From an uncultured Gammaproteobacteria bacterium (GTDB lineage Bacteria; Patescibacteriota; Patescibacteriia; UBA11705; JABHMO01), in the NCBI GenBank assembly GCA_964590105.1, contig CAZPYM010000002.1, positions 90,697 to 154,696 on the forward strand: 64,000 nucleotides of DNA. Reading direction: 5' to 3'. Position numbers and translations under genes: made by a program. Positions 61,289 through 64,000 of this stretch are shown piece after piece (position 1 is the first letter of the stretch; every line of letters begins with the position of its first letter). Under the pieces are notes generated by a model. It ran no database searches. It was not told where the DNA came from and was given only the letters and a program-made list of their open reading frames with translations.

Positions 61289-63646
61289 ATGAATGATCAG
61301 CTTATGAAAAAATTCGCTTTTGTATTTTTCATTGTTGGCTTGATGCTTGTTTTGCCGGCTTTTGCCAAGGCCGCGTCACTCAGCAGCACGCTGGCAGGAA
61401 GAATTTTATTGCAAGTGGAACAAAATGGCGAGGCTTGGTACCTTTATCCGAGTGATACTACCAGATATTATCTGGGTAGGCCTGCGGACGCTTTTAGCAT
61501 TATGCGAACGCTTGGACTGGGTATCAGTGAAAGTGATTATGGCCAGTTTAAAGATAAGGCGCCTCTGCGTTTGGCCGGAAAAATTTTACTTCGCGTTCAG
61601 GCCGGCGGAGAAGCGTATTATGTTTATCCTTTGGATTTAAAATTATATTATTTGGGTCGACCAGCCGATGCTTTTGACATAATGAGAAAATTGGGACTGG
61701 GCATTGCTGATAAAAATTTGGAATTAATTGCCGTAAATGAAAAAAGTCAGGCGGTTAGAAAAGTTGAAACGTCAGACACCAGCGCTGATAATGGAAATGT
61801 AAAAAATACCGAAGCCACGCCTGAAGCACAAAGCGGTGGCGGCACATCTGACAAATCAGTAATATTTGAAGTGGCGGTGAATGATTTCACCTCCCACAAA
61901 AATTTCGATAATATCAAGAATCTGCCGAATGCTTACATTAATGTATATAATATTGAAGTTACCAGTGCCAATTACAAGGGAACTCTTAAGGAAACTTTAG
62001 TAACGGGCGCTGACGCTATGGCTGAAACTTCTGTCGGCCTGGGAGAAATGGTTGACTTTGTTGGTTTTCAAACGCTGGAGCAGGCCAAGAGTTATCCAAC
62101 TTGGAATTTTGGCACGCCTTCATACAAGAATTTTGGCGATGCGGACCAGTTGTGCCAGATTAATTTCAAGAACACTAGTCAATATTTAAAAAATGACAAA
62201 AGTTATGCCTGCGCTAATTCACTTAGCGTTCCTTATCAGGATATTTCAACGATAAAACCAGAAACCATAACCACTGAAACAACAACATCAACACCTTCAA
62301 CCACTTTAGTCGCCACTCCAAATTGGGGATGGAAGCTGGCTACAACTGTGGATGATACTTATAATTTCATTAATGGATTTGGTAGTTATGGCGACCCGGT
62401 TTATGTTGGCGATATTGCCTGGACAGAAAAAGGATTTTATATTTTTTATCGGGCGGATAAAACCGGCACAGCTGATTGGGGCTGGAAAATGGCTCCGGAC
62501 AATGATGATTTGTATAATTTTTTGAATCGCAAAGGAGCTTATACCGGATTGCCGAAAGATCAAGCGTTTGTTGTTGACACGGACAGCGGCAAGTATGTAT
62601 TTTATCGCGGTACGGACGCGACTGCCAGCTGGGGTTGGAAAAAATCAACAGCAATTGATGATATGTATAATTATGTCAATGGATTCGGTGGTTATTCCAA
62701 ATCTTATGTCGGCAGTATCAGCGGTCGAGCAACTAATGACATTACCATGTTTTATGACGATAGCCAGATTGGGACAAAAAATTGGGGCTGGAAACTGGCT
62801 GGAACCATTGATGATGCTTACAACTTTTTGAACAATTTGGAAGGCTACACAGCATCTCAATTTGATGTGCATAATGTTAAAGTCCTTACACAGGGATCAT
62901 ACTTTTACATTTTCTACAACACAGCTGAGGACACTACTTCGACAATCCCAGCAACTCCCGCAACTCCAGCAACTCCTGCAACACCAGCAACTCCCGCTAC
63001 GCCGGCTGTTGTCGTGCCGAACTGGGGCTGGAAATTAGCCACGACTGTTGATGATGCGTATAACTTTATCAATGGATTTGGTAGTTATGGCGACCCGGTT
63101 TATGTTGGCGATATTGCCTGGACAGAAAAAGGATTTTACATTTTCTATCGTTCAGACAAAACCGGCACAGCTGATTGGGGCTGGAAACTCGGTTCTGATA
63201 ATGACGATATTTATAATATGCTGAATAGCAATGGCACATATAGCGCGTCATACGGCGGATTGCCGATAGATCGGGCATTGATGGTTGATACAGACAATGG
63301 CAAATATGTATTTTATCGAGGCACGGACGCGACTGCCAGCTGGGGCTGGAAAAAAGCCACGGAAATTAATGACATGTACAATTATGTAAATGGACTCGGC
63401 ACATATTCCAAAGCTTATGCCGGCACGATCAGCGGCCGAGCCACCAATGACATTACTATGTTTTATGATAATAGTCAGACGGGAACAAAAGACTGGGGCT
63501 GGAAACTGGCCACAACAGTGGATGACGCCTACAACTTCATGAACCGATTGTCAGGCTACACAAAGGCGGAGGGGTATGTCTATAATATAGATGTTTTCAC
63601 CACTGCGGAAAATTATTTTTATATTTTTTACAACAAGGCTGAATAA
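61289..63646 (+). CDS. Large secreted repeat protein, 785 aa: 2 N-terminal LGRPADAF repeats plus 8 WGWK repeats arranged as a duplicated 4-repeat block
   Basis: Signal peptide. Two copies of LAG(R/K)ILL.V...GEA(W/Y)Y.YP...YYLGRPADAF.IMR.LGLGI. Then NWGWKLATTVDD.YNF-type repeats occur 8 times. (TPA)6 linker. Confidence 0.8.
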   Translation: MNDQLMKKFAFVFFIVGLMLVLPAFAKAASLSSTLAGRILLQVEQNGEAWYLYPSDTTRYYLGRPADAFSIMRTLGLGISESDYGQFKDKAPLRLAGKILLRVQAGGEAYYVYPLDLKLYYLGRPADAFDIMRKLGLGIADKNLELIAVNEKSQAVRKVETSDTSADNGNVKNTEATPEAQSGGGTSDKSVIFEVAVNDFTSHKNFDNIKNLPNAYINVYNIEVTSANYKGTLKETLVTGADAMAETSVGLGEMVDFVGFQTLEQAKSYPTWNFGTPSYKNFGDADQLCQINFKNTSQYLKNDKSYACANSLSVPYQDISTIKPETITTETTTSTPSTTLVATPNWGWKLATTVDDTYNFINGFGSYGDPVYVGDIAWTEKGFYIFYRADKTGTADWGWKMAPDNDDLYNFLNRKGAYTGLPKDQAFVVDTDSGKYVFYRGTDATASWGWKKSTAIDDMYNYVNGFGGYSKSYVGSISGRATNDITMFYDDSQIGTKNWGWKLAGTIDDAYNFLNNLEGYTASQFDVHNVKVLTQGSYFYIFYNTAEDTTSTIPATPATPATPATPATPATPAVVVPNWGWKLATTVDDAYNFINGFGSYGDPVYVGDIAWTEKGFYIFYRSDKTGTADWGWKLGSDNDDIYNMLNSNGTYSASYGGLPIDRALMVDTDNGKYVFYRGTDATASWGWKKATEINDMYNYVNGLGTYSKAYAGTISGRATNDITMFYDNSQTGTKDWGWKLATTVDDAYNFMNRLSGYTKAEGYVYNIDVFTTAENYFYIFYNKAE
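62318..62929 (+). repeat. Intragenic tandem duplication, unit 1
   Basis: Homologous to 63017-63643 at a 699-bp offset. It includes a roughly 70-nt identical run (aatggatttggtagttatggcgacccggtttatgttggcgatattgcctggacagaaaaaggatttta). Confidence 0.9.
62948..63006 (+). repeat. 9-bp tandem repeat encoding the (PAT)n linker
   Basis: ccagcaact-type units occur about 6.5 times with synonymous variation. Confidence 0.9.
63017..63643 (+). repeat. Intragenic tandem duplication, unit 2
   Basis: See 62318-62929. Confidence 0.9.
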
Positions 63647-63745
63647 AAGTAATTGCCAAAGTTAAAAAGCGCCCCGTCCTGATTTTATCAGGCGGGGCGT
63701 TTTGGATAAAGAAAAAACAAGCGCCAGGCGCTTGTCTGTGTGTCC

Positions 63746-64000
63746 TCACGCGGGAGGAGTATCAATTCTAAATACAAAACTAGAGAAAGCTCTCGACAGC
63801 GTGCAGCTGTACTGATTATTGAAATGCCCGGAAATGAATTTCAGGCGAGACGTTTCAGCTTCTTCCATACGTTCCACATGAGCAACACATATTTCATGCG
63901 GCACATTGACTATTTCTCGGATGAATTTTCTGAGATTGATCAGACTGAATTGTGAAGTGGCCGGTACCAAGTAAAACGTGAAAGCAGTTTTGTTTTTTTG
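63746..64000 (-). CDS. Hypothetical protein, C-terminal part; the frame is open to the window end
   Basis: The minus-strand frame has no stop between 64000 and 63749. A hairpin caagcgcc/ggcgcttg plus a T-run lies just downstream (63713-63740). I recognised no family. Confidence 0.35.
   Translation of the reverse strand, partial: QKNKTAFTFYLVPATSQFSLINLRKFIREIVNVPHEICVAHVERMEEAETSRLKFISGHFNNQYSCTLSRAFSSFVFRIDTPPA

Noticed and set aside
62318-63643. CRISPR array or a DGR template/variable repeat pair
   Set aside because: The repeats are a 699-bp in-frame protein duplication and a 9-bp coding repeat. There are no short direct repeats with unique spacers, no cas genes and no reverse transcriptase. 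Differences between the copies are not adenine-specific.
1-64000. Alternative genetic code (UGA recoding as in Gracilibacteria/SR1)
   Set aside because: Conserved genes (dnaA, pnp, tig, hppA, ruvB and others) are full length under the standard code. Several end in TGA at the expected positions. No in-frame TGA had to be read through.

Overview
AT-rich bacterial chromosome segment. Hand-counted 60-nt samples of housekeeping genes give about 35% GC. The window spans the replication origin: rpmH-rnpA-yidD on the minus strand, then dnaA, a DnaA-box/AT-rich oriC candidate, and dnaN. Gene content suggests a small-genome Patescibacteria/CPR-like organism using the standard genetic code; this taxonomic call is inference. 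Recognisable genes are ruvB, zapA, rnc, nusB, pnp, rpsO, tig, rpmF, tsaC/tsaD/tsaE, ychF, lspA, comM/yifB, an H+-pyrophosphatase, pilB/gspE, a deoxynucleoside kinase, rubrerythrin, a SpoIID-like protein, a LysM-M23 peptidase, a RIO kinase, two APH-like kinases and a serpin-like lipoprotein. There are 8 tRNAs: Gly-GCC, Leu-UAA, Ala-GGC, Lys-CUU, Arg-UCG, Arg-UCU, Arg-CCU and Glu-UUC. I saw no rRNA, CRISPR array or transposase.

The main anomaly is at least ten visibly GC-richer, self-contained cassettes sitting in gaps between housekeeping genes. Nearly all have the same layout: an exact TTGACA -35 box, a 15-17 bp spacer, a TAnnnT-like -10, a GGAGG-type RBS, one to three ORFs with no family I recognise, and a hairpin/T-run terminator.

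- The largest cassette (39.6-44.5 kb, between tig and hppA) is my best candidate for an undescribed system. It encodes a tandem-HTH protein translationally coupled to a GHKL/MORC-type ATPase, facing a convergent 674-aa multi-winged-helix/coiled-coil protein.
- One cassette (54.96-55.57 kb) is bracketed by 239-bp direct repeats that duplicate the 3' end of pilB. The differences between the copies are mostly synonymous, which looks like an integration footprint.
- Two cassettes and the TrmB-like regulator gene share a promoter module (ATTGACAGT...).
- Other notable items: a GC-rich NfeD-flotillin operon next to the origin operon; an isolated trio of DnaA boxes at 24.1 kb; a consensus promoter driving a roughly 320-nt region with no convincing ORF; an NrdD glycyl-radical remnant; identical 22-bp palindromic terminators around tRNA-Arg genes next to a tyrosine recombinase; inverted repeats flanking a kinase-like gene; low-complexity repeat families that also occur inside tsaD/tsaE coding sequence; and a 785-aa secreted protein with a 699-bp internal tandem duplication.
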